DNA from: Candidatus Krumholzibacteriia bacterium
Lineage (GTDB): Bacteria; Krumholzibacteriota; Krumholzibacteriia; JAJRXK01
Length of the DNA stretch: 64,000 nucleotides
Reading direction: 5' to 3'
Assembly (NCBI GenBank): GCA_041484665.1
Contig: JBGPIA010000004.1
Location: forward strand, 197,550 to 261,549
The notes beneath the pieces are model-generated. The model was not told the origin of the DNA. It made no database searches and saw only the letters and a list, made by a program, of their open reading frames with translations. Every line of letters starts with the position of its first letter. Positions within the stretch are counted from its first letter, which is position 1. Positions 38,319-47,745 of the stretch are shown piece by piece. A program made the position numbers and the translations under genes.

Positions 38319-39899
38319 CTAAGGGCGCGTGCTCCCAGCGGTGGCGCCGGCGGCGGCAGCAGTGCTGTCAGCAGCCCCCTGCGCATTCTCGCCCGGGATC
38401 ACCCCCAAGCCCAGCAGCAACGAATAGAGCCGGAAGTACAGATCGCGTCCGATCCGGTGCGCCCGTTGCTCGCCGTCGACGTGCAGCCAGTGGAAATCCT
38501 CGCCCGAGTGCCAGCCGAGGCGCAAGCGCACGCTGCGGTCGGGCCAGAACAGCGCGCACGCCACACGCTGCACGGGTGCGATTGCCTCGAAGCCACGTCC
38601 CTTCCCAAGCGACGCCGACGCCGTTGACTCGAGCGTCTCCAGACCGTGCACCACATTCTGCAACGGCGTCTCCAGCCGCGCCTTATCCCCTTTCCATCCC
38701 GCCGGGAGGCGCATCGTCCAGTCGCGGCCCTGGTGCACCGCCGTGCAACTCCCGCCCGCCAGCCACCTGATCGTCAGGCTGTCCAGTCGGTCGTAGTTGT
38801 CCGGGACCGGGTTGGTCTCCAACAGCTGCGCAAGCGATCGCTCGCCGCTCGAGAGCAGCGGCCCGCCGAGGGCAAGCACCGAGCGCAGCGTGTCCCGGCG
38901 CGCGTAGTACGTCGTCTGATCGATTTGATTCCCCAGCGCCACGCGCCGGATACGCTCCGGCTGCAGAGCGGCGGTGAACGAGATGTCCAAGATCGGCGCG
39001 TGCAGCCCAAAGGCAGACCAGTGCCTCGCGCTCACGTTATCCTCCACGTAGCGTTGAATGCGCTGCGTCGCGAGATCGTAGACCAACAGGTCCACCTCGT
39101 AGCGTTTGAGCTGACGCGGCGGCGTCTCCTCGGTGAACCACAGGCCGCGGCCATTGCGGCGCGCGCTCCAGCGCCCCTTGCCGGAGGCGATCGACACCCA
39201 ATCGATCGAGTCGCGGCTCACGGCGAAAAGGTCGTAGTTCCGCAAACCCTGGTGGGAGAGCCGCGCGAGCTTCCCCATCTCGGGCGGGGCCAACTCGATT
39301 TCGTCGCGGCCGTCGCGGCGCACGTAGACGGCCGTCTCCTGCGGATTCTCGTGGCCGACCCACAACGCGGCGCGCTGGCCAGCCGGCCCGGCAACCTCGA
39401 CGCGCACCACGCCGGGCAGGTTGGGAGCGAGCCCGAACTCAACCCACGCGGTCGTGTCGTGCCTGGTGACGATCGCCTGCAGCGCATGGACCGCGGTCAG
39501 TCCGCGCACCAGGCCGTCGCACACTTCGCCGTCGGCCGGCTCGCGCACCGGCGAGAGCAGCATCCAACGGTGGGATGGCGTCTCTCCCCCAGGGGTCGGG
39601 GGAGCTGCGGGGGCGGCGGGAACCGCGGGGACTGCAGCGGGGATTGCCGCGGTGACCGACGCGGGAACTGCAGCGGGCGTTCGCTGCGAGTTGGCAGGCC
39701 CGGGTTGGCGGACCAGCAGCACCGACTCGGGCACCCGGCGTAACCGAAGCGTGTCGACCACGGCTGGATCGATGGGCAGAAGCAGGCTCTCCTGTTCCTG
39801 GCGCAAGCGCCGCCGTTGCTCGCGCGGCTTATCCCAGAGGAACAGAAAGGCCGCAAGGACAGCGATCAGCGCAAGCAGGCTGGGGACACGGCGTGGCAT
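38319..39899 (-). CDS. DUF4340-like membrane-anchored protein
   Basis: N-terminal TM; repeated W.L..P...AD...L..L...FGL..P modules; downstream of GldG-like gene. Confidence 0.75.
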   Translation of the reverse strand: MPRRVPSLLALIAVLAAFLFLWDKPREQRRRLRQEQESLLLPIDPAVVDTLRLRRVPESVLLVRQPGPANSQRTPAAVPASVTAAIPAAVPAVPAAPAAPPTPGGETPSHRWMLLSPVREPADGEVCDGLVRGLTAVHALQAIVTRHDTTAWVEFGLAPNLPGVVRVEVAGPAGQRAALWVGHENPQETAVYVRRDGRDEIELAPPEMGKLARLSHQGLRNYDLFAVSRDSIDWVSIASGKGRWSARRNGRGLWFTEETPPRQLKRYEVDLLVYDLATQRIQRYVEDNVSARHWSAFGLHAPILDISFTAALQPERIRRVALGNQIDQTTYYARRDTLRSVLALGGPLLSSGERSLAQLLETNPVPDNYDRLDSLTIRWLAGGSCTAVHQGRDWTMRLPAGWKGDKARLETPLQNVVHGLETLESTASASLGKGRGFEAIAPVQRVACALFWPDRSVRLRLGWHSGEDFHWLHVDGEQRAHRIGRDLYFRLYSLLLGLGVIPGENAQGAADSTAAAAGATAGSTRP

Positions 39900-40142
39900 C
39901 AGTGATCGCGGAGCTCCATGGCGTGAGAACTGGTCCCGGCCCGGCGACCCGACATCCTAATAGAAGAGAGGGCCGCCGTCGCGGGCGGGATTGCCGTCAT
40001 CGGTTCGCGGTCGATCGACACACGATGGCTCAGCGCCACGCCTCGTCCAAATGCACAGGAATCAGGACACTCGTGCGCTCGGGGCTCAAGCCCTTGCAGA
40101 TCAGCGGTGTTCGAGGTTCGAAGCCCGAGGTTGCGAGGATGG

Positions 40143-40183
40143 TGTCATGATACCCGTACATGTGTGTCACCGGGCGTTGACAC
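40143..40183. promoter_or_regulatory. Paired palindromic enhancer-like sites
   Basis: TGT-N12-ACA (40143-40160) and GTGTCA-N8-TGACAC (40164-40183), centres 22 bp apart. Confidence 0.5.
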
Positions 40184-40256
40184 GACTCGCGCGCGGCCCA
40201 TCGTGCAACTCGATTCATTCAAAGCAGTTGTGGTCCTGGGTGCATTCCGGCGCGCA

Positions 40257-40271
40257 TGGCACGCGACCTGC
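40257..40271 (+). promoter_or_regulatory. Sigma54 (-24/-12) promoter
   Basis: TGGCACG-CGAC-CTGC, GG-N10-GC spacing, one mismatch to TGGCACG-N4-TTGC. Confidence 0.55.
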
Positions 40272-40547
40272 CTCTGCGGAGGAATGCGGATTCCTATAGG
40301 CAGGGGGCACGCGTAGGGGCGGACGTCTCCGGCCCTGGCGCCGGACTCTGCTCGGCCAGACTGCGGGTGGCCCGTGGAGCGCAGCGCAGCGGTGCGGAAA
40401 AAGGGCGGCGGCGAACGTCCGTGAGCAGCGCCGCGCGGACCCGGCGATGGAAGTTCGCGCATGCAGGGCTGACCGTCGATCACGACATGGGTGATTCTGC
40501 GACGCAGGGTAACGATGGTGGGTGGGGAACTCCGTGATCAGTGCGGC

Positions 40548-40725
40548 CGATCACGATTGCGAACGTCGGCAATGATCGATGCGTGGGGTGACATGGCTTC
40601 GACTGCGGATGGCCGGATCGGCGGGATGGCGAGTGCGGGACCCTGCTGGCCGGCTGCGAACGGCCGGATCGGCAGGGGCTGGGGACCGAGGCCCGGGAGG
40701 TCGATCGCGATTGCGAACGTCGGCA
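40548..40725. repeat. Four related spaced repeats (A-B-B-A)
   Basis: CGATCRCGATTGCGAACGTCGGCA at 40548 and 40702; CTGCGRAYGGCCGGATCGGC at 40603 and 40654. Confidence 0.75.
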
Positions 40726-40737
40726 GAGTTCCTGGGC

Positions 40738-42264
40738 CTAGAGCCACCGCCGACGGCGCCAGAACATCACGCCGCCGAGGACCAGCGGAATGGCGGGCAC
40801 CACCGCGATCCCCAAGAGCGCGACCCAGCGCAGCTGAGTACGCGTGAGCACGACGGCCTCGGAGCTGTCCGGGCGTGGGGCGAGTGCGATGCGATTCTCC
40901 TGCTCGGTGAGCCACAGCAGCATGCCGAGCAACAAGTCGCTATTGCTGCGCACGAGCAGGTTGGCGTTGTCCACGAAATCGACGTCGCCGACGACGACCA
41001 TCCGCGCCTTCTCGGGGAGCGCCGCCATGAAGCGCTGGCCACCGACCACCAGTGTGTCGGCCAGCGTGGTGTCGCGAGCGTCGAAGGTGTCGGGGTAGAA
41101 GGTGCGGACCAACCCGGTGAGCCCCTTCTCCTCCTCCCCAGGATGGAGCAGGAACCGCCGCAGATCGATCTCCACGGCGAAGGCCAGCGGCAGTGGGCCT
41201 GGTCGGTCCGAGCGTGGATCGAACTGTGGCTGGCCGTCAACGAGGTCGTTGAAGTCGGTCTCGCCCCACGCCTGCGGCGCGGTCTCCACCAGCCGGGTGG
41301 CGGCCACTCCCTGCGGAGGCGGCTGGACCGAGGACAGGCTGCGCGCAAGCGGGAACAGCACGGCTCCGGTGAAGCCGCGCGTGATGGGATTCTCGGGATT
41401 GCCGCCCTGGGTGAGGGCGATGCGAAAGCTGCCCCCGCCGGCCAGGTTGCGCCGGGCCTGACTGGGGTCGACGACGAACGTCCGGTCGGGCGAGACGCCG
41501 AACAGCGTGAGCATGGAGTCCGCGTCCGCCGACCCGGCGGGCTCCACCATCGCCAGCAGCCGGCCACCGCGGAGCACGTAGGCGGCAAGCGCCTCCTGCT
41601 CGCGCTGCGTCATGGGCCCCTCAGGAGCGGCCAGCACCGCGGCGTCCGCCTCGGGGGGAATGCGTGTAGCGCCGCTCAGGGGGAACGACTGGACGGTGAA
41701 GTTCTGCCGGCGCACGAGGTCGGCCAGCTTGCTGATGCCACGCGGCGACGTGTCCTCGATGGAGGCTTCCCCATGGCCAGTCAGGAACAGCACCCGCGGC
41801 GGGCGCGCGGAGATCAGGCGCACGATGGCACCGGTCAGGTCAGCCTCCTGCAGCTTGGAGACCTTCACCTTGAGGTCGCCGCTCTGCAGCACCAGCGTGC
41901 CGCTCTCGGTCACGCCATTGGCCTCGGCCAGCTCGGGCCGCCGGTTGAGGTCGGCCAGCTCGAAGCTGAGCCGCTCGGTATATTCCTGGTAGCTCTCCAT
42001 GAGCAGCCGGGCCTGTGTGCGTGGCGCGCGCTCATCGCTGAAGAAGCCCAGCACATGGATGGGCCGATCCAGCAGCTTGAGCACCTGGATCGTTTGAGGC
42101 GCGAGGGTCCGCCGCTTGGTCTGGGTGAGGTCGGCGCGCAGGTCGTGGCGTGCCACGACCACCGCAAGGAGTGCGATCGCCGCCAGCCACAGCGCGGCTG
42201 TGAGCCACAAGCCCGCCGCCGGTGGGATCGCCGTTGCGCGCAATCGTCTCAAAGCGCGGCTCAC
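40738..42264 (-). CDS. GldG-family ABC auxiliary component
   Basis: DLT..KR.TLA.QT..VL, VLFLTGHGE, Y..RGGRLL, MVVVGDVDF, WL; TM at both ends. Confidence 0.88.
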   Translation of the reverse strand: MSRALRRLRATAIPPAAGLWLTAALWLAAIALLAVVVARHDLRADLTQTKRRTLAPQTIQVLKLLDRPIHVLGFFSDERAPRTQARLLMESYQEYTERLSFELADLNRRPELAEANGVTESGTLVLQSGDLKVKVSKLQEADLTGAIVRLISARPPRVLFLTGHGEASIEDTSPRGISKLADLVRRQNFTVQSFPLSGATRIPPEADAAVLAAPEGPMTQREQEALAAYVLRGGRLLAMVEPAGSADADSMLTLFGVSPDRTFVVDPSQARRNLAGGGSFRIALTQGGNPENPITRGFTGAVLFPLARSLSSVQPPPQGVAATRLVETAPQAWGETDFNDLVDGQPQFDPRSDRPGPLPLAFAVEIDLRRFLLHPGEEEKGLTGLVRTFYPDTFDARDTTLADTLVVGGQRFMAALPEKARMVVVGDVDFVDNANLLVRSNSDLLLGMLLWLTEQENRIALAPRPDSSEAVVLTRTQLRWVALLGIAVVPAIPLVLGGVMFWRRRRWL

Positions 42265-42295
42265 GGCGCCGACCTCCAGGTCGATGCGGGCGCGC

Positions 42296-43081
42296 TCATG
42301 CCCCCCCTCGCGCGCGCAGCCGCCGCGCCTCGAGGCTGGCAGTGGTCAGGAACGTGAAGAAGGCCGTCACGCTCAGGAAGTACACCGTGTCGCTGAGGCT
42401 CGGCACGCCGAAGCTGAACGGGTACGCGTGCCCCAGCGGCGAGAGCCAGCGCAGCATCGCGCCCAGGGCGGCGGTCTGGGGCCCGGCCCACGTGCCGGCG
42501 AAGGTGAACGCCAGGAGCGTGACCACCGCGGCGATGAAGGCCACCACCTGGTTCTCGGTCAGCGCGCTCCACCACAGCCCCACCGCAAGCATGGAGAGGC
42601 CGCACAGGAAGATCCCCGCCTGCCCCGCGAGCAGCATCCCCGGCTCGAGCCGTCCGAAGATCAATACCGCGGCGGGATACACCGCGCCCATTACGAGCAT
42701 CAGCGCGAACAGCGCGGCGGCCCCGGCGAGTTTGCCCACGGCGATCTCCCACTCGCGCAGCGGGTACGTGAGCAGCAGCTCGCTCGTGCCGCTGCGCCAC
42801 TCCTCGGAGAACAGGCGCATGGTCAGCGCCGGCAGCAGGAACAGGAACAGCGACATATCCCAGGCGAGCAGCGGCTGCACGACCTGGTCCATGAGGTTGT
42901 GCTCGGGCTGCATCGCATTACCCGCAGTGAGCAGCACGTACGAGCGCTTGCTGAACTCCTCGAGCATGAACGCGAAGAAGATCCCGTGCGCCAGCAGGTG
43001 GAACCCCACCACCGCGTACGCGACCGGGCTGCGGAAGGCCGCGCGCAGCTCCCGTTCCGCAATGGCCAGCACGCCGTTCAC
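42296..43081 (-). CDS. ABC-2 permease (GldF-like)
   Basis: RELRAAF.SPVAY, PALTMRLFSEE.RSGT.ELLLT.P, SALTENQVVA. Confidence 0.9.
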   Translation of the reverse strand: MNGVLAIAERELRAAFRSPVAYAVVGFHLLAHGIFFAFMLEEFSKRSYVLLTAGNAMQPEHNLMDQVVQPLLAWDMSLFLFLLPALTMRLFSEEWRSGTSELLLTYPLREWEIAVGKLAGAAALFALMLVMGAVYPAAVLIFGRLEPGMLLAGQAGIFLCGLSMLAVGLWWSALTENQVVAFIAAVVTLLAFTFAGTWAGPQTAALGAMLRWLSPLGHAYPFSFGVPSLSDTVYFLSVTAFFTFLTTASLEARRLRARGGA

Positions 43082-44190
43082 GGGGCCTCCTGCCGCGGAG
43101 CATCCGGCGAGGCGGCCGCGCCGGGGCGTGCCGCACCCTCGCCGTGAGCGGTAGCTTCTCGGTGCGCCGTGCCATCACCGCCTGCCCTACCCTCGCCGTG
43201 TGCTCCACCTGCGCCGTACGCGCCGCCATCGTCCTGCGCCTCCCGGCGCACCAGCTCCAGGAACACGGCCTCGAGGCCCGCCCGCAGCGGAGCGAATTCG
43301 TGCAATCGGCACCCGGAGCGCACCAGCTCCTCGACCAGGGCCGGCGCGTCATCCGCGGCCCGCAAGTCGACGGTCCAGGACCAGCGGCCACGGTCAGCGG
43401 CCGCCGGCGTGAAGCCCGCCACGCACGGCAGCGCGCGCAGAATGGACTCCACACGCACGGCTACCGCACCCGCGCCCGCGTCGTCGTCCGCGCCACACAC
43501 CAGGCGCAGCCGGGCCCCTCCCGCGAGCAGCCGCTCCAGCTCGTCGGGCGAGCCCTCCGCCACCAGATGGCCGCGGTTGAGGATGAGCACGCGGGTGCAC
43601 AGACGGCTCGCCTCGGGCAGGATGTGGGTGCTCAGGATCAGGGCCTTCTGCCGCGCCAGTGCGGCCACGGTCGTCCGGATCTCCACGACCTGCGCGGGAT
43701 CCAGCCCCACCGTGGGCTCGTCGAGCACGAGCACCGGTGGATCGCCCAGCAGCGCCTGGGCCAGGCCGATACGCTGCCGGAAACCCTTGCTGCAGAATCC
43801 GATCAGCCGGCGCGTCACCGACTGCAGCCCGCAGGTGTGCACGACGCGCTCGATCTCGGCCGCGCGCTGCGCGGGCGGCACGCCTTTGGCCCGGGACGCG
43901 TAGCGCAGGAACTCCGTCACGGTGAGCTCGCGGTACAGCGGCACGTTCTCGGGCAGGAAGCCCAGCAGCCGTCGCGCTTGCAGAGGCTCGCGGGCGAGGT
44001 CGTGCGCCCCGATGCTGATGCTGCCCGCCGACGGGCTCAGCAGCCCCACCACCGCGCGCAGCGTAGTGGTCTTGCCCGCGCCGTTGGGGCCCAGCAGCCC
44101 CAGCACCTCACCTTGGCCCACCGTGAAGCTGAGGTCTTCGATCGCCGTGAGAGGCCCGTAGCGGTGGGTCAGCCCTCGCACCTGGATCAT
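43078..44190 (-). CDS. ABC transporter ATP-binding protein (GldA-like)
   Basis: GPNGAGKTT, CSKGFRQR signature, LDEPTVGLDP, STH; low-complexity tail. Confidence 0.92.
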   Translation of the reverse strand: MIQVRGLTHRYGPLTAIEDLSFTVGQGEVLGLLGPNGAGKTTTLRAVVGLLSPSAGSISIGAHDLAREPLQARRLLGFLPENVPLYRELTVTEFLRYASRAKGVPPAQRAAEIERVVHTCGLQSVTRRLIGFCSKGFRQRIGLAQALLGDPPVLVLDEPTVGLDPAQVVEIRTTVAALARQKALILSTHILPEASRLCTRVLILNRGHLVAEGSPDELERLLAGGARLRLVCGADDDAGAGAVAVRVESILRALPCVAGFTPAAADRGRWSWTVDLRAADDAPALVEELVRSGCRLHEFAPLRAGLEAVFLELVRREAQDDGGAYGAGGAHGEGRAGGDGTAHREATAHGEGAARPGAAASPDAPRQEAP

Positions 44191-44238
44191 GGGATCAGCG
44201 GACCATCGGGTCGGGGAAACCGCAGGCCAAGGACGCCA

Positions 44239-45267
44239 TCACCGCGGCAGCGAGCTCTTGGGCGTCCAGCGCAGCGCCGCGGCTCCCCAGGTGAAGCCGG
44301 CTCCAAACGTCGCGATCACGAGCAGGTGGCCCGCGCGCAGGCGGCCGTCCTCGTGCGCGATGCGCATCGCCGACGGGATGGTCGCCGAAGTGGTGTTGCC
44401 GTAGCGGTCGATCGTGACCACGACCTTCTCCTCGGGCAGCCCGAGTTTCTTGCGCACGTAGTCGATGATGCGCAGGTTGGCCTGGTGCGGGATGAACAGG
44501 TCGACCTCGTCCGTGGAGGCGCCGATCTTCTGCAGCACCTCCAGCGACACGTTGGCCATGCCCTCGACAGCCTTCTTGAAGACGATCTTGCCGTCCTGCC
44601 AGATCGTGTGCTCGTACCGGTCGACGGTCTCGTGGCTGGCGGGCTTCGCGCTGCCGCCCGCCGCCTGGTGCAGGTACGGCGCGCCCGAGCCGTCGGTGCC
44701 GTTGACCCAGTCGAGGATCCCCTCCACGCCATCGGGCAGGCGCTCGACCACCGTGGCTCCCGCCCCGTCGCCGAACAGCACACAGGTATTGCGATCGGTC
44801 CAGTTCACGATGCAGCTCATGATCTCCGCGCCGACCACCAGCACCTTGTCGTGCTTTCCGCAGCGGATCAGCGCGTCGGCCAGCGACACAGCGTACACGT
44901 ACCCGCTGCACGCGCCCAGCAGGTCGAACGCCCAGGCGCGCTTGGCCCCGATCTTGTCCTGCAGAATGCAGGCGGTGGCCGGGAAGATCGTATCGGGCGT
45001 GACGGTGGGAACGATGATGCAGTCGATCTCGCCGGCGTCGACCTGCGCCATCTCGAGCGCCTGCCGCGCGGCAGGCTCCGCCAGCGCGCTGGCGGGAGTC
45101 CCGGGCTCGACCAGGTGCCGTTCGCGGATACCGGTCCGCTCGACGATCCAGGCGTCGGTGGTGTCCACCATGCGCTCGAGGTCGGCGTTGGTGAGCAACC
45201 GCTCGGGAAAAGCCATGCCGACGCCGGTGATCCCGGCGTAGATTCGCGTGTGCGTGCGCAGCGTCAT
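44239..45267 (-). CDS. fabH: Beta-ketoacyl-ACP synthase III
   Basis: ACSG catalytic Cys, LFGDGAGA, PHQAN, YGNTTSA. Confidence 0.95.
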   Translation of the reverse strand: MTLRTHTRIYAGITGVGMAFPERLLTNADLERMVDTTDAWIVERTGIRERHLVEPGTPASALAEPAARQALEMAQVDAGEIDCIIVPTVTPDTIFPATACILQDKIGAKRAWAFDLLGACSGYVYAVSLADALIRCGKHDKVLVVGAEIMSCIVNWTDRNTCVLFGDGAGATVVERLPDGVEGILDWVNGTDGSGAPYLHQAAGGSAKPASHETVDRYEHTIWQDGKIVFKKAVEGMANVSLEVLQKIGASTDEVDLFIPHQANLRIIDYVRKKLGLPEEKVVVTIDRYGNTTSATIPSAMRIAHEDGRLRAGHLLVIATFGAGFTWGAAALRWTPKSSLPR

Positions 45268-45423
45268 GGGCTCCTCCGAAGGGGCCGCCACGACCGGGCC
45301 CGAGCGCGCGAGCCTACGGCAGCACTGCAGCCCGCGCAAGCCAAACTGCCCGCGTGAGCTGCACCGCCCGCGCGCAACGGCGGCGGTGGCGAGCGCGCCG
45401 CTCGCGGAGCAGTTTGCGCCGTC

Positions 45424-46620
45424 CTAGCTGCGGCCGGCTGCCGCCGCCTCGCGCAGGAACTGGGCAGCGGCGGCGAGCCCTTCGCGCAGCGCCGCGGTAG
45501 GGCCGCCGAAGCCGAGGCGGAAGCCACGCGCATCGCCGAAGAATGCGCCCGGCGTGAGCAGCACGCCGCGCTGGTCGCGCAGCGCCCAGATCCACTCGTG
45601 CGACCCGCCGGGGCTCGCGTCGAGGCCGAAGCCGAAGGGCCCGCGCACACCCGCGGCGCGCGCCAGCCCCAGCGCGGCCTCGTGCGCCGGGGGCGTGAGA
45701 CACGGGAAACAAACGATGCCGGCCCCGGGAGGCGCAAGCTCCACGCTCTCCGGCAAGGACGCTGCCCACGCCAGCACGTGCGCGGCGCCGGAGGCGGCCG
45801 TCTCCCGCGCGCGCTTCCACAGGGCGTGGCGCTGAGTCCACGCCCGCGCGCCGAGGGCCTGGCTCGCCGAGGGGAGCATCACGGGACCATAGTCGGTGAC
45901 AGCGGCGGCGCGCGCGATCCACCGCAGCGGTCCGACGGCAGCGCTCACGCGCAAGGCGCCCAGGCCCATCACCTTGGTGAAACTGTGCACCACCGCGCAG
46001 CCGGGCACGCGGTGCAGCAGCGTGGCGCGCTCGGGCTCGTCGAGGAACTCCAGGTAGACCTCGTCGGAGAGCACGGCGCAGCCCGCGCGTTGCGCCCAGG
46101 CGGCGACGCTGGCGACCTCCTGCTCGCCCAGCACCGCGCCCGACGGGTTGTGCGGCTGGGTGAGGACCAGCACGCTGGGCCGCTGCGGGCCGAGCCGCGC
46201 CAGCGCCTCCAGATCCAGGGTGAAGCCGCGGGCGCGCGGCCGGGGCAGGCGCAGGATGGGAGCGCGCAGGGCGGCGGCAATGCGCAGCAGCGGTTCGTAC
46301 GCTGGCTCTTCAACGATCACGGGCCCCGGCTGCTCGTCCAGACGGGCGGCGAGCAGCAGGAAGACCGTCCAGTGGCTGCCCGGCTGCACCAGCACGGCCT
46401 CGCGCGGGACCCGCCAGGCCTCAGCCAGCATTCCGGCCAGGGGCGGATGGTCGCTGCCGTCGCCGGAGAGCAGGTCAAGGGCGGGCACGGCACCGAGGAC
46501 CCTGGGGTCGGGGGGCGGCATCCCGCTCTGCGTCAACGGAATGCGCGCCCGCATCGCCTGCGTGCGGGCCCAGCGCAGGTAGTGGATGTCCTGGAACGCC
46601 GCTGCGCTCTGGGCCTGCAT
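45424..46620 (-). CDS. PLP-dependent aminotransferase class I/II
   Basis: PHNPSG, SDEVY, SFTK..GL..LR. Confidence 0.88.
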   Translation of the reverse strand: MQAQSAAAFQDIHYLRWARTQAMRARIPLTQSGMPPPDPRVLGAVPALDLLSGDGSDHPPLAGMLAEAWRVPREAVLVQPGSHWTVFLLLAARLDEQPGPVIVEEPAYEPLLRIAAALRAPILRLPRPRARGFTLDLEALARLGPQRPSVLVLTQPHNPSGAVLGEQEVASVAAWAQRAGCAVLSDEVYLEFLDEPERATLLHRVPGCAVVHSFTKVMGLGALRVSAAVGPLRWIARAAAVTDYGPVMLPSASQALGARAWTQRHALWKRARETAASGAAHVLAWAASLPESVELAPPGAGIVCFPCLTPPAHEAALGLARAAGVRGPFGFGLDASPGGSHEWIWALRDQRGVLLTPGAFFGDARGFRLGFGGPTAALREGLAAAAQFLREAAAAGRS

Positions 46621-46835
46621 GGCTGCAAACTACCATGCGTTGTGGCAAGGCGGCCACCGCGGCGAGGAGGTTCCCCCCGGCCCGCCCTCGCAGGGCTCGT
46701 CAGCGGATTTGGGCCGGCTGCGAGCGCGTGGGCGCCTGCGCACTGCGAGGCGCGGCAAACCTCACGGGATCAGACGGGCAATCGGGAGCGGGTGGGGAAG
46801 CAGGCGGGCGCGGCTCGTGATGGAGGACCTGGCGG

Positions 46836-46872
46836 AAAACGCAGACGGGGTGACATAAGTGCCACCCCGCCT
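46836..46872 (-). terminator. Intrinsic terminator
   Basis: AGGCGGGGUGGCA-CUUA-UGUCACCCCGUCU-GCGUUUU; G-U pairs fix the minus orientation. Confidence 0.75.
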
Positions 46873-46904
46873 CGAACATCCTCATCCCCCTGTTGTGAGG
46901 ATGC
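46836..46904 (-). ncRNA. Candidate ~69-nt sRNA (hairpin plus intrinsic terminator)
   Basis: GCAUCCUCA-CAACAGGGGGA-UGAGGAUGU hairpin followed by a 13-bp terminator stem and UUUU; own promoter. Confidence 0.6.
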
Positions 46905-46910
46905 GGGACC

Positions 46911-46955
46911 AAGATACGGTAGCCCACATCACAAAACTGTAATGCCCGTTACAGT
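46911..46955 (-). promoter_or_regulatory. CRP/FNR-family (NtcA-type) class II promoter
   Basis: Palindrome ACTGTAA-N6-TTACAGT (GTA-N8-TAC), exactly 22 nt, then -10 TATCTT. Confidence 0.65.
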
Positions 46956-46989
46956 CCAGCCCGCGTTCACAGAAACGTAACACCCCACC

Positions 46990-47652
46990 CTAGGGCGTGC
47001 CGGCGTGTCGGCTGCGCCCCCACGCCCGGGCTGCCGCCGCGGCTCCGCAGGCCAGGAACGCCAGGAAAACCGGCCAGGGGAAGGGGCTGGGGAGTCCGCC
47101 GCGGCTCACGTTGGGAGCGTCCCACATGAGCACCACCAGGAGCCCCAGCCCGCTGGCGATGGTCGCGGTCCACTCGCCCCGGGTCAACCGCACCGGCAGG
47201 CCGCGGTCGCGCAGCTCCTCGATCGCCAGGGCGGCTGCGAGCATCACCAGAGCGATCAGCACCGGAGCCGCCACCGGGCCGACCCAGGGCAGCGGGATCA
47301 GGAACAGGACGTCCCACGTGAGTGGGCTCTGCGGCCAGCGGTCCATGGCGTGGAGCCACAGGTAGTAGAACACGTCCCACACGCCGAACAGAAGCATGAA
47401 CGCGGCGAAGCGCCGCCAGCGATCGGCGCAGGACAAGCAGCCGACGGCCGCGAGCATGACGATGGTCGCCGCCTCGCGCCCGAGCTCGATCCACAGCAGT
47501 GGCCCCGTGATGGCGCGCAGCGGGAAGCGGAAGCCCTCGGGGTAGAGCAGCCGCCGCAGGTAGACCACGACGGCAGCCTCGAGCTGGGCCATGGCGATGG
47601 CGAAGATCGCCAGCCATAGCAGGCGGCGGCGGGTGTCGGGAAGCAGTCTCAT
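46990..47652 (-). CDS. Hypothetical integral membrane protein
   Basis: Multiple TM helices; EAAVVVYLR, FGVWDVFYY.WL, WDVLFLIP.PW.GPV. Confidence 0.8.
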   Translation of the reverse strand: MRLLPDTRRRLLWLAIFAIAMAQLEAAVVVYLRRLLYPEGFRFPLRAITGPLLWIELGREAATIVMLAAVGCLSCADRWRRFAAFMLLFGVWDVFYYLWLHAMDRWPQSPLTWDVLFLIPLPWVGPVAAPVLIALVMLAAALAIEELRDRGLPVRLTRGEWTATIASGLGLLVVLMWDAPNVSRGGLPSPFPWPVFLAFLACGAAAAARAWGRSRHAGTP

Positions 47653-47745
47653 GCGCGTGGGAGCGCGCACCGCCGGGACCCGCAAACGGGTGCGCGGCGG
47701 AGCGCGCTGATGCTCGACGCAGGCGGCGGACCGCGGGAGGCGCGG

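Noticed and set aside
40548..40725. CRISPR array
   Set aside because: Repeats differ in length and sequence, period is irregular, no cas genes in the window
40738..44190. Gliding motility system
   Set aside because: GldA/F/G-like ABC modules are widespread in non-gliding bacteria; no gldKLMN or spr genes in the window
46745..46800. c-di-GMP-I riboswitch (GGCAAACC)
   Set aside because: Lacks the GNRA-capped stem and GACGCAAAG element, and is antisense to the neighbouring genes
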